DNA of 62,965 nucleotides, the filler included, from Perkinsus chesapeaki ATCC PRA-425 (Eukaryota > Protista > Perkinsozoa): NCBI GenBank assembly GCA_013115145.1. It is 7 parts of 7 records of this genome, joined end to end, with 100 filler letters (N's around TTAATTAATTAA, not from the genome) between each part and the next. Parts side by side here need not be neighbours in the genome. Positions count along the whole stretch, not along the records: positions 45,009 to 56,202 come from JAAPAO010000856.1; positions 56,303 to 58,668 come from JAAPAO010001623.1; positions 58,769 to 60,975 come from JAAPAO010001654.1; 4 more parts are not named here. One strand, written 5' to 3'. The position numbers and the translations under genes are program-made. The notes below the pieces were generated by a model. The model did no database searches, had not been told where the DNA came from, and saw nothing but the letters and a program-made list of their open reading frames with translations. How positions within the stretch are numbered: the stretch's first letter is position 1; each line of letters opens with the position of its first letter. Shown one piece after another: positions 47,522 to 59,438 of this stretch.

Positions 47522-48825
47522 AGCAGCTCTCGCAGCCAGAGTACGTCATGGTGAGAGGCTTGACCTATCTGGCCAAAGTAATCGATTGACATATGAGCAA
47601 GAGAGACTTAGCTGCTACTAGTAAGCTCAACAACTGACCAGCGGAGACTGACTGAATGAATAGATTGGAAATAATGCTACTTCAAGTATTGCGACCAAAA
47701 TGTGATAGACACTGTCAAGACTCTCGGATGTGCTGAGAGTTTACAAAGTTTACATTCAATGTAGTCTCTACGTAGAACCTCACGACTAGCCCTCAAATCC
47801 TATTGCAGTTACAAATATCGTTTATACATTGACAAATCGATCGAGGAGGGCAGCTTTTGGGATTGGAGGGATCACAACCCTGCACAGGCCTGGTCTCAGT
47901 CCAGCACACCACAGCAACGAGAATCATCCAGCTGACGAAGCGCATCGAGGTTGATAGAAGACGAACAAGGAGAGAAGCTGAAACAGGCCATAATGAAGCA
48001 ATATGTTGCTGTTACGAGCGAGGCAAAAGCGATAGCAGTTTGAACACATTGCAATCCAAAATGGCAACAAGTTCGCTAGTGGCGAATTGCTCCCGATAGC
48101 GACTGTAGGCGCCTTGTTTGCCCGTGGATTCCACGGCGTGGACGCCAGAATAGGTGCTTCACAGCCCGCTCATGTGAACAACGGTGGCTTTCTAAGGTAC
48201 CACGGGCCGTGGAACCAGTACGGCCAGATGAAAGACCTATGGTTACCGGATAACTCCACTGAAATTTCAGAAGCCAGGCACGCGTGCAACACCTCAACTT
48301 GTGAGTCTCGCTTTCTTTCTTCCAAAAGTATGATCGGCAGTACTGCTTGTAACGTTTCCCAGATCCGTATCCACATTAGAGTCTTATTATTGAGCTGAGA
48401 TACAGCATAACTACTAAGGATCACCGGAAGCGTGTTAGGCGAACCTTTGCTAAAAATCTCGGGTTAGCGTGTACTGTGGGATATTTGTGCTGGGTGGAGA
48501 CTCCATCTTGTCGTTTGTGCGCACCTCCCATAAACTTTGTAGTTCAAGCGCCTGGTTTCGCCGATATGACTCATGGTCTTTCGCCTGCACGCATTCGAGG
48601 AGGGCATGTCCCTGTTGTACTGTTATGTTGTATTGGTGTGAGGCCAGTACGTTGCGTTCCTCCGCGTTCTCTCGTCATCATGTCAACACTCCTTTTTCTC
48701 TCGGAGTAGCAGTCGTATGCTCCGCATTTCTCTCGGCAGTCCGTAGTTTCGCGCACTATAAGCTCAACTCGATGAACTCCTGCTGACAGTGAAAATTATA
48801 CATGTTCATGATGGATTAGTGATGG

Positions 48826-50069
48826 TCAGTTGTTCGACATTAAACTCTTTGAACTTAGCCAGATAAGTCGAGTTATCTGATGCATTAGGAATACACTTCT
48901 GATCTTCATCTTAGCCTCCGCGCTGGAAGATGTGTCGGAATTACTCTGAATATTCTCTTCGTTGTCTGCTCCACCGGTGTCCTTCGCTGCCTTCGATTTA
49001 TTAAACTGTTCTACTGTAGTATCCAGTTGGCGCCTCAAAATAGTCAAAGTGTCGGTCATCATATCGGCAAACTCGTTAGTCATATCATCCATCCTACCAG
49101 ACTTCACATGTACGTCCTCGCGGCCTCACCAAGACATACCGTTGTTTTATCTCCTCAATAGCCGCTTCTTTCACCGCGATTTCATCGTCTTTCTGTCTGA
49201 CCATTTCTTGATACTCATGATTGCAAATATCCAACTCCTCGTTCTAAACAGTACGAACCATCTCCACCAGATTCTCCGTCTCATCAGCACTTGTTCCGTT
49301 AAGAATGTCTCCAATCTGTTTATTTCCTGTATGAGACTCTCCTGAGATGCCTTATACTCTCGAGCCACATCAGAGGTTACAGCGAAGGTTGCATGCTGCG
49401 TCCTGAGTATTCTGCGGTCTGCGGTTTATATTGCTATATAAGGATGTACTCCTGACTATTGGTTCATATCTCAATGAGATACTCTCACTGGACTGTTTCC
49501 CAGCAGTTCACCAACTAGTTAAAATATCTCGTTGATTTCGGCTGCTGTCATCTCGGCACTTTTTCAGTATTTTCGAAGATGCTCTATGCTACCGTGAGAG
49601 ATCACAGCGCAGAGTTCGCAATTCCGAAGCTCAAGCCAAGGCCGCTGTGGCACTCTAAGATTTACTCGGCAAGTTCTTTCTCCATCTCCTTCATCGTCAC
49701 TCTATCATCCCTCGCAGCCCTCAACATTTCTTCTGCTTCAACTGATTTCTCTAGTAATATCTGCGCAACCAACTCACAGCTAACTTTGACCACAGCTTAC
49801 CCTTTCCAATGTCTCATATTCCCGGTCAAGATTATCAAACTGTGCAGGTGAGGGTATCGGCACCTGGAAGTAGAGGGTGCCTTCCTCATTAATTGACAAT
49901 TAAAGGACAACATTGACAAACACGATACACTATTAAGATTACCTCTCTACAGTACAAATAGGATACTCTATACAATTAGCTATATTTACCGATTACAGAG
50001 CTTACTGACCCCTATAGGTGCGTCCGCCTTCTTTTTCCCTTTCTTTCCCTTCCCTGCCTTCTTTGCCAT
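48826..50069 (-). CDS. CCDC153/DRC12-like flagellar coiled-coil protein, multi-exon
   Basis: Start MAKKAGKGKKGKKK, then SDVAREYKASQESLIQEINRLE and KDDEIAVKEAAIEEIKQR|MDDMTNEFADMMTDTL, matching the CCDC153 pattern. The 3' end is approximate. Confidence 0.6.
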
Positions 50070-50407
50070 TAAACGGAAATCGTTCACTCCAATCACAACA
50101 CTAACCCAAGCTTCATCGGCTCAAGTTGAACCGTCATGTATCATATCACCTCGCTTCAAGGCGTGTCTTAAAACATTGTCATGCGAGCCCCTGTACGGTA
50201 AGCATCGTCCTTCACAAGCCTCGGTATGAGCACTGTTGTTGAACACAGTGTTCCTTATCTTATTAACAACTCAATACGCAACACAGCTTCGAAATAATGA
50301 TCAATGCTGACAGTAAATAATAATACGTTAGCCAATGTGGCTGAGTAACCGTAAGCTATCGGCGGTTCTGAGAATAACAGCTCATTTTCCAGCAAGTCCG
50401 TTGGCAC

Positions 50408-51463
50408 CTACGGCTCTCCCCCTTTTGGTCGGTCGCGGAGACGCGCTTGAATTGGTCCGAGGGGACTTCCCTCGGGTGGTCCTCGCTGCATTATTAGCGC
50501 CCGTTGGAGCTGCAGCCGAGCTTCGTGTGCTTCGTCGATACTAAATCAATAAGCCTTACGTAGGAAACGACGTCGCTGCGAAGATATAGGTAATAAGATA
50601 TATACCAAGTAAGCCATGTAAGGGAATTTTCCTACCGCGGATGACTCCCGTTTCGCCTGACTTCTCGTCACCGGTCCCACAGCATTCGAGTCAAATACCT
50701 GGTTGAGCGATCCCACACAGCACCACCACAGTTGGTATTACTTTCTCCTTAGAGTCGAGGCTCTGAGCTGTAGCACCATCAACTTCGAGAGCGAACAAAT
50801 CGTCTAGGATGGTATCTGGGCAAAGAGATCAAAACCGATTAAAACATAGCGCAGTCGTGAGGTGGCCGTCCGAGGTTTCCCAGCAATGATTTCCAGCTTG
50901 CCGGGTTTCAGTACGCGAATAGGCCACGGAGCAGGGACATCAAGTTACCGCCCCAAAATAGTCTCGAAGTGATGAAGTGTGTCTGACGTATTTCTAATAC
51001 CGTGATATACGGGTATGAACCTATCCTATTGTGGGCTACGAGATGGTGAGAACGCCGACGCTCCGTGAGCAGTCGAACAGAGAGCATGACTTAGAAAAGA
51101 CTTCATTATATCTTCGTGCTAGAAAAGCTCTTTCCAACTCTCACGCCCCTGTCCACGAACCTCCCCCAGCGAATGCTCATTAATATATTACGGCTTGGTC
51201 TGATATCATACTCCAACCAGTGACTGCATACCGCGTGTATCACGTCATCCTCCTTCATATCAGATGATTCAAGGAGCCCGAAATAGGTCTAAAACAAGGA
51301 CGCTGGTCCTCCCATTGTAGCCCAGTACTACCGCGTATCCCATAATGCCGAGGAAGCCGGACTCGAGGATCTGATTCCTTATGAAATCCCGACCGTCCAG
51401 CGCGAAGTCGGGGGAGTCAAGGCCGATGCCACTGTTTGAACTACTGTGATGATGCCGGTCCAT
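50408..51463 (-). CDS. Hypothetical multi-exon protein
   Basis: MDRHHH...IMGYA|TYFGLLESS...|DTILDDLFALEVDG...|VFDSNAVGPVTRSQAK...|...RPTKRGEP*, joined by short GT-AG introns. Confidence 0.5.
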
Positions 51464-51477
51464 CGTCGTGGAGCAAA

Positions 51478-51550
51478 ACAATCTGACTGGATCGAACCTA
51501 CGACCTTTGGGATGAAAGGCGAACATGCTAACGCAATGCACTACAGAGAC
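51478..51550 (-). pseudogene. Decayed tRNA-like element (Val-like body, TTC in loop)
   Basis: GTCTCTGTAGTGCATTGCGTTAGCATGTTCGCCTTTCAT...AGGTCGTAGGTTCGATCC has tRNA spacing and a paired D stem. The anticodon and T stems are broken. Confidence 0.6.
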
Positions 51551-51643
51551 ATCCAAATTCTATTACGATGGTACAAAGACTAGCGAAAACGGTTGAAGCG
51601 GGTGTTATTGAGATACGTTAGTTGCTTAAGCCGATCCCTTCTC

Positions 51644-54600
51644 CTATTGCTGTTGTTGATGCTGCCGTTCAGCCTCCATCTCCATCACCACAACCGCAGC
51701 TACTGCCTCAGCCGCCCTCTGTTCATCTGTAAATGCATCGTTCAGCTCCCCAGTGGAGTAGAATGTAGACGGGGCCGCCTCAACGGAGGGAATAGCGGGG
51801 CCCGAGGGACTATCATCTACTCTATCCATTTCAGACTCTTGCGGCTGCTGAACATCTCCCTGGCAAATCCCAGACTCGGTGCTCGGTATCTAGCATACTC
51901 ATAGGTTACACCACCCAATCAAAATGGCCTCACCGTAGCCGTTGTCGGCCTCCCGTCCGTAGCGCTCTGAGAGCAAGGCTCAGCCTCTTCCTCGTCATTA
52001 TGCGCTTCCGATGATATAACCCCAGTCTGATGGTCGTCTGTGCTGGAACTTGCCGGTGGAGCCTCCAGCTGCAGAGGAGCATGGCCTTCGTTCGCCAGAG
52101 CAACAGCCATGGCCAAGCCCTGATGCTTGGCGCAGTATCCTTGGTGATACGCTGCCCGCATGCACCCATCAGCGCGACACATGTCATGACGGCGACATCT
52201 GAAACGTGTGATAGTCCTTTAGAACCAACTACAACAGCAAGCAGCAGCAGAAGGCACCTACTTGCCGGTCCCCGACGTAGAAGGCACCAACTTAGTGCAT
52301 CCCTCTACCGAACACACTAGCCTTTCCACAGTACCGTCTGAGTTACGTCTTGGCCTTGCCGGTGAGGAGAGGCTCAGCACCTAAATGTTACTTACATTTA
52401 CAGATGAAGGATTCAACGGTGTGCTCATCGGAGATTTAATAAGAAAAATAAAATTGAAAAAAATGAAAATTGCGAAAATGAAATAAAATAATAAAAACAA
52501 CCCACTGCCCTTTAGTCGAGAGCAAATGCGTCAATTGAAGGCCAGAATTCTCGCTAGTGCGAAGATGCTGTCCACAGTGAAAAGAAAACAAATGAGTCCC
52601 TCCTCTTGGGGACATTTCGTGACTCCCTACGAGCCCCTGGTCATTTACCGATCGACCACGAATCTATCCCAATCGAGTGGTATTATTACCTCTCCTTGCA
52701 TGCTTTCCATGTGATGCTTGGCGCACATCCCAGATGAGTCATCACCAATGGTACGAGCTTTCATACACCCCTTTACGATGCACCTTCGATTGTACTCAGG
52801 CCCGAGATGCATACGACACTTGTCCGGTACAGAGTCATCACCACTCACTCGACGATTGGCAACAGGTTGAATACAGCCCGGCACTGAGCACTGAGATCGT
52901 CCACCACCATGAGCCACGCAGAGACCGTGCTCTCTAGCCGGACGTTGACACATCATATGCGAGCATCTCTGGACCAAAGTTGTCACACCATCCCAGTGAA
53001 TCGGGCAAACTCTCTGGCCACCGGGGCCGCTCGGCAAGGCCAGGTTACTGCAGCCAGGAGTAGAGCACGTTGATGGCTCAGGCTGACCGCCGTGGGCTCG
53101 ACAAAGACCGGTGTTACCGACGGGACGGCGACGGCATGAAGAGGAGCCTTGACATTGAGGCACGGTGCCATGGGTACCGCAATAGATACCTGAGAGACTA
53201 GATCCAACCGTAATCGGGCATTTGGCGACAATCGAATGAGCTCTTAAAAGGAGGAGATTCAATAAAACTCATTTCCAGCTAGGACTACTAAGTATAGCGA
53301 CTTGGCATAATTTTGCGAGATCCCACCACTGGAACGATGGAGACTAACGGAGGTGTGTTCCAGTTGAGCGACGATATAACATCCTGCTGGCTGCGGCTGC
53401 TTACTGGGCTTCTTGGCGAGCTTGAAGCAGTTAAGATCTTGACACATGCCAACAGCTGTATATCCTCCATGATCATGACACCTTCCTCCCGCCACCACAA
53501 GGCATCGTCGACCACAGCCCGGCACGTCGCATGCCTGAGCCGTAATACACTTGGTATGATGGATAGGCCTGACTTACCGTATACGAGCTCGGCATAGCAC
53601 CATGGGCATGGCAAAGTGGAGTGGGGTGGCGGCAAGGCTGACCGCAGCCTGGGTGTCGACACTTGGCGCCCCCTCCGTGACGAAGACAGAAGTTACCTCC
53701 GTGACGGACAGAAGTGCAGCCCTCAACCTGGCACAGGGAATCTACATTTCTCCGCCACAATTTCGACCCGGCAATGTCACCTTGCAGGGTAGAGGCTTCT
53801 TCTTTTTCTTAAGCTGGTTGGCGCCGTGCTTCAGGCAGATACCTCTCGCCTGTGCGACATTCGTACACCCTTCCACAAGACATAGCTAAGCAACTCATCA
53901 CATAGTGCTAGGAGGCGCACTCCCTTACAGACGCCGAGGGTCTCTTCTTTCTGTGTCGCACTGATTCCTCAGAGGCTTGACCGTACCTACCGACAGCTGC
54001 ATCTCAGCAGCGTAGAACGCTTGTAGCTCACCTGGGCGGAGTCGGCTGCCCTCCGTGAGCCGTACATCTACCGCTGTCAGGCCATGGCTTTTTGCTGCAC
54101 CCTCTCACAGAGCACACGTAGCCGTCATCCACTAGACCCGATTCGGGTGTCGTTGGGGCCATACGAATGGCATCTGGCGTGCTTGGTGGCCCAGTCGAGA
54201 AGGCATGAGATCCATCTGGTCCAACAGTCAGCGACGGAACAACGCTGTCACGCAGCAACTGAGTTAAGAGCATCTTAGCGGCCTCGCGATTGGGCGTAAT
54301 TAACTTACCTCGGCAGCGACAATGCCCACGACACCGGCGTCGTCATCGGGGTGGTCTTGTACATGATGACCTGATTATTACATTAACGATTAACGAGGCC
54401 TGTCCTGTTAAATGTTGATGGGTATCTCGCTCTGTAGTAGGCGGAGCGACGCAGATTCTATCTCGCACAGAGCAACGAACAGACACCAAATCCCGCCCAT
54501 ACGAGCTGCTGAAACGGTCGCCTTTGCGCGGTAAATCGAAGCAATTGCCCGGAAACGACCCCAGTAAGGTTGAGAACTTACCAATGACATGAGATTGTGC

Positions 54601-54678
54601 TCCAGCGGAAACAGCATTGAGTGCTTCTGCGAGCACCGCTTCGTTTATAGTTGGCGGAGCGGTGACGGTTGAATACAT
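51644..54678 (-). CDS. Protein with an array of about a dozen WRKY19-type C-x4-C-xn-C-x2-H zinc fingers, multi-exon
   Basis: Repeats such as CSVRGCSKKPWPDSGRCTAHGG, CLVEGCTNVAQARGICLKHG, VEGCTSVRHGGNFCLRHGGG, CSHMMCQRPAREHGLCVAHGGG and CRADGCMRAAYHQGYCAKH. Whether this is one gene is inferred. Confidence 0.75.
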
Positions 54679-55194
54679 CTTTTCTAACCGGCCAACCAGA
54701 ATCGATTGCCTAGGCGCGCGCTAAGTTCATCACAAGTCAGGACGGTTATTCGCACGCGTGCGGAGGCTTCGCGTAGGTAGGTGCATTGGAAGGCATTGTG
54801 GTCAGTATGGCCATGTTGGACTACTACCATCATAGATAAGGCAGTAGCATTACCATTACACTCAAGAGCTCTCGGTATGAGGGCATTGAAGTTGGTATTT
54901 ACCAACGCTTTCAAGAAGATGCTTTAACAGGGGTAAAAGGTGTGCACATTAGACTCTCCCTCTGGTTAATACACGGAATATGACAGTTAAATCCATATAC
55001 AAGAGATTGGTAAATTGACTTCACTTAGATTGCATTTCGCGCTATTAATCCACTCGAGTTTATCACTAACAACTACTAAAACACAAAATCACTTGTATGA
55101 AAATTAAAACTATTTACTCGAGTTATCATTAGATTGTTGTTATTATTATTATCATTATTATTATTATAACTTAAAAATAGGTCGCTAGTTAATT

Positions 55195-55602
55195 CTAGCA
55201 GTAGTAGGGCTCACCCTCACAGCCCTCATCGGTAGGGGCGAAACATAAGGTATCATCAGCCTTCTTGATGATGCCAAAACAGACCTGAGGATCCTGCCAG
55301 GTCTTGCAGTAAGAGCCCCACTTGGAGTCACGGCATTGAGGCATGTCATTGCACACATCCTGGCAGGTAGGCTGAGGCTCAGGACAAGCAACGGGCTCAA
55401 GAGTGTAGTCGTCACAGGTATCCTGCTCAGTAGGCTGGAAGCAATAACCATCGTCCTTGTGGTAGAGGCCGAAGCAGACACCATTGCCCTTGCAATAAGA
55501 ACCATACTTCGACTCAGCACAGGCGGTATGGCCATCACAGATGTCCTGACAGTACTCGGCAACCGCGACGGTGAAGGAAGCAACAGCGATGGCAATCTTC
55601 AT
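55195..55602 (-). CDS. Small secreted Cys-rich protein with two tandem modules
   Basis: Signal peptide MKIAIAVASFTVAVA, then two CQDxC...GSYCK...VCFG...CF-PT repeats. Intronless. Confidence 0.88.
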   Translation of the reverse strand: MKIAIAVASFTVAVAEYCQDICDGHTACAESKYGSYCKGNGVCFGLYHKDDGYCFQPTEQDTCDDYTLEPVACPEPQPTCQDVCNDMPQCRDSKWGSYCKTWQDPQVCFGIIKKADDTLCFAPTDEGCEGEPYYC

Positions 55603-55967
55603 AGAAACAAGAAAAGAATCAACTAAGGAAGAGCATTAGATTGAACCAAATTAGAGAGATAATGTACTAGTAATTATATCGTGTAATTCTGCTAGCTCTG
55701 AATAACCATCTCTGAAGCACCTCGTCGGAGTACCTCTCAGCACGCATGCGTTAAGCGCAAGATCAAGCAGCCTAAAACAAAATCGCAGTCCAACTCAACA
55801 CAGCTTGTAGGGACGTCAGGTCGTTTAACGAACTCTGATATATACTTGGAATGGCTGTTTACTTTCTCGGCGTTATGCGGCCTGACCTGAGCACGCAGCC
55901 AAGGATGAAACCAAGTGAGATTTAAATAGAAGTACAAGATGGATTAGACTAGATAGGTTAGCCCGGA

Positions 55968-56202
55968 TTATAGCAAGATTGGGGGGTAAGTATTAGTAGG
56001 TGCTTCCGTTGCTTCTGCTGTCGAGCTTTCGACGTACCATTCAGTAGGAGCCTCAGTGGTACCCTCAGTAGGAGCCTCAGTGGTACCTTCTGTGGGCCAT
56101 TCAGTAGGAGCCTCAGTGGTACCTTCTGCGGGCCATTCAGTAGGAGCCTCAGTGGTACCTTCTGCGGGCCATTCAGTAGGAGCCTCAGTGGTACCTTCTG
56201 CG
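55968..56202 (-). CDS. 3' end of a mucin-like protein (36-bp repeat encoding AEGTTEAPTEWP), truncated by gap
   Basis: The minus frame reads (AEGTTEAPTEWP)n...TEAPTNTYPPILL, with TAA at 55968-55970. The 36-bp units are visible at 56041-56202. Confidence 0.65.
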
Positions 56203-56302
56203 NNNNNNNNNNNNNNNNNNNNNNNNNNNNNNNNNNNNNNNNNNNNTTAATTAATTAANNNNNNNNNNNNNNNNNNNNNNNNNNNNNNNNNNNNNNNNNN
56301 NN
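56203..56302. other. Assembly gap with artificial linker
   Basis: 44 N + TTAATTAATTAA (56247-56258) + 44 N. Confidence 0.97.
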
Positions 56303-56308
56303 CCGACT

Positions 56309-57373
56309 ATGATGTCGGACCTATGCGCATCTTCCTGCGTGTGCAGAAGGAGTGCGCTGTTTGTACGGCTCAGCGAGGTGTTAGAATCAGAAGGCATACG
56401 CTGGGTCGCAAGTTTAGAACCCTGGGAGCTGCTTGGGTTAGACTTAATAGGACCCTTTCGTCAAACTGGGGTTCGCCAGCCTGGTCATGAATCAATGATG
56501 GCTGTAATTGGAGTGTGCGCGAGCACAGGCTATGTGGTACAGCGTGTCGTTGGTGAAAATTGTCCGGCTACGAGACTGGTAGAAGCTTTGGATTCTATAT
56601 TCTTGGATCATGGTTATTGTCTTGGGATCCTATCTGATGATGATCAGCGGTACCATGCTGCTTGCACCGTGGCATATTCCCATAGTGTTGGATTACGCTG
56701 GCATCACAGTCCAAATCATACGAGTTATTTGTCTGGATGGCATGAATCTCGTCACAGGTTGGTCAACTACTTGCTGCGTTCGTTGATTCAAGACTCTGCT
56801 CGCGGACGCGGACAAGAGGCGGACTGGTTTGAACTTTTGCCACGTGTATGCTATATATGCAACAATATTACAAGACCTTCGTTGACCAGTGGTTATTTCA
56901 GTTCAGATTTACATTATGTATATGGAAGAGCGCTACCGGCAAGTATATCGACGATGCGCGAGCTGAGTTCTCCCGCTAAAGAGGCGCTACTAAGTAACGT
57001 GCCGGTTCGTATCCCTACTACTCGTGAGTTGGATACTATGTTTATGGAGTTTACTAAGCGGATGAGCGACGACTGTGTCTATGTCGCTATGGAAGCTGAG
57101 AATATCGACTCTATGATGAGGGCTCGCAATACCTATGCCGATCAAGCCATTGCTCGCGGCCCTTTCTCTCTGAAAGAAGGTGACCATGTAGTCCGTTACA
57201 ACCATGGTAGGAATAAGCTGGATAGAAGATGGGTAGAAGATGTGATCTATACGGTTGTAAGCGTGACTGGAGTCATCGCCTGTATCAGTAAAGATGTCGG
57301 CCAGTTTAGATTTGATTACGTGGGCAATCTTAAGAAAATCGATATCGATGACGTTGACGGCGGTATCGAATAA
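56309..57373 (+). mobile_element. Ty3/gypsy integrase (core plus GPY/F), open frame; followed by a GC-rich PPT-like tract and a probable 3' LTR starting TGTTGC at 57432
   Basis: WELLGLDLIGPF (D), LSDDDQRY (D), GWHESRHRLV (E), and GPFSLKEGDHVVRY...KLDRRW. No chromodomain. The LTR end could not be placed. Confidence 0.88.
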
Positions 57374-58668
57374 TTCCTTGATTAGCCTTTCCGTGTGAGC
57401 TCTGGCGGCCAGAGTCTGGCCGCGCCGGGAGTGTTGCAACTCGGCACTATCTTGCTAACTTGTCTCGTCTTTCAAATACCCTTACAATAGCTATAGTAGA
57501 GATTTTGATTTGATCATTTGTCTCTGATCTACAGCAGTATCCGTCAGCAGTCTAACGGTACCTTGCGTTCTACAAGATACCTTATAATCTCCGAGATCAC
57601 AACAGCCCCTACCCCCGAGCGCGCTGAGGCCTTCTGGCCTCGTCTAGAGGTTTTGGCAAAGCAGGAAGCCGCGCACCCAGGAGTCCTTGACCAAGAACGA
57701 GGACAAGGGCATATATCAGCAGGGAGTCGGAGAGTTTCGGTATTTCTACGCTGATGTGGAGTTCCCGCCGAAAACAATTCAAATGATTGAGACATCGGGT
57801 TTGCTGTTCGCCTGTAACACACTTGTGCGGTGTCTCTGCCCTCCGCTGTTTATTATACTCTAGTGTCTCGTTGTGCGCACTTATTTCCGCGACTGTGAGC
57901 GGAGATGCTCTCAGCGCAATGGATTTGCAAAATGTCACCCGCTTCGCACATTTCCAGAATATAGTTACTTTTCTGGCTTTTGTGAAATCCGCATAATAGC
58001 AGCCTATAGTTGGTCTCGTGGGAGTCCCATCCGAGTCAGGAGATGACGTTCGTCGCCATTCGTATCATAGCTGCAGTGTCAGGAGCAGCAGCTGGTTGCT
58101 GGGCCACCTGTGTACCGCACAGTGTGTGTCCCAGCGCCCGCTGTCTACCATTTTCCTTTCTGTTCGTTGAATATCTCGGGATGACGAGGCTGACTTGGGC
58201 GATTTCGACAGCTCCGCTTGGTCCTCGGCGGACTCCCGCTTATTCTTCTCTGCTTGTTGAGGGCTCGATCACACGAGACCCTGTTTTTTTGCATGCAAAC
58301 TATCCTCTCACGGGCGTGATGCGTCGCTCCACCGTTGCAATGCCGCCAGCTGAGGGGGAGCGCTTGCCAGTCAAAACAAGAATATCAAGCACAGTCAAAA
58401 CTTGACTGGTCCGGGACTAGTGGTCCCCATCACTGCCATTTCCCGATGGGTAACCAAAGCACCTCTTAAGTAATCGAGATTTCACTAGGGAACTAGGTTT
58501 AGATCCGCACAACGCTACATACCTCAAACGAATCGTATCTGATTTCCAGTTTTATATGACTTGCATTTGCTCAGACTTCGATTATTCAGATTATTATGTA
58601 ATGGAGTTTACAAGTTTTCTATCGAAGCTTGCTACCTACTTATCGCTCACAGAGTCAACTTGGTGACC

Positions 58669-58768
58669 NNNNNNNNNNNNNNNNNNNNNNNNNNNNNNNN
58701 NNNNNNNNNNNNTTAATTAATTAANNNNNNNNNNNNNNNNNNNNNNNNNNNNNNNNNNNNNNNNNNNN
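58669..58768. other. Assembly gap with artificial linker
   Basis: 44 N + TTAATTAATTAA (58713-58724) + 44 N. Confidence 0.97.
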
Positions 58769-59438
58769 GAGCGTGAAAGCTCGAGTTCCCCAGATGGGTT
58801 CGCTCGCTCGGGCTCAGCCCGCGGCAGTTCCGCCAAAACTCGGCCCGAACTTCGAGGCTCGAGTTGAGAAGCTCGAGTAATCGACACATATAATTAACGC
58901 ACTCGAACTCTGATCAAGTTCCCTGAGGGAGCCCCCGTTACATTACTTTCATAAACTTCAACCACGTGCACACTGAGTCAGTCGCCTGCCATCATCAGCG
59001 GCAGACTCGACGATCGTCACACTCAGATCGACTATCATAACACGTTGACATTGTCAACTTGACAATCTCAGAGCGACTGTTTCTTAAAGTTTCATTCCGT
59101 TCAAGTTGAACGGTAACCTCGTACATCGAAATAGGCTATTTCAAATGGCGTGCCACGTGTGCAACTCGCTACGACCATCCGGGCCGCCGGGACTTCCCCG
59201 ACGGGGAATCCTCGTGAATCCCTGCCGTACCTATCTAAAGACGTTACTGGCCCAACACTATTTCCGACTCATATCGCTTACTTGGGCGAGCGCTTAGTTG
59301 CCCGTTATCTGCACCCTTTGCATGTAACGGCTCGTATTCTACGAGCATAGTGTGCTCAGCATATAGTAGCGTACAACCATATTATGAGACAACCGTGATG
59401 AGAGGTCCCAGCAGATTGCTGGCAGCAGTTGACCTGGG

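Noticed and set aside
51932-51940. ACCGTAGCC as a spliced-leader relic
   Set aside because: Only 9 nt match, the following TTGGCTCAAG part is absent, and the site lies antisense in a probable exon.
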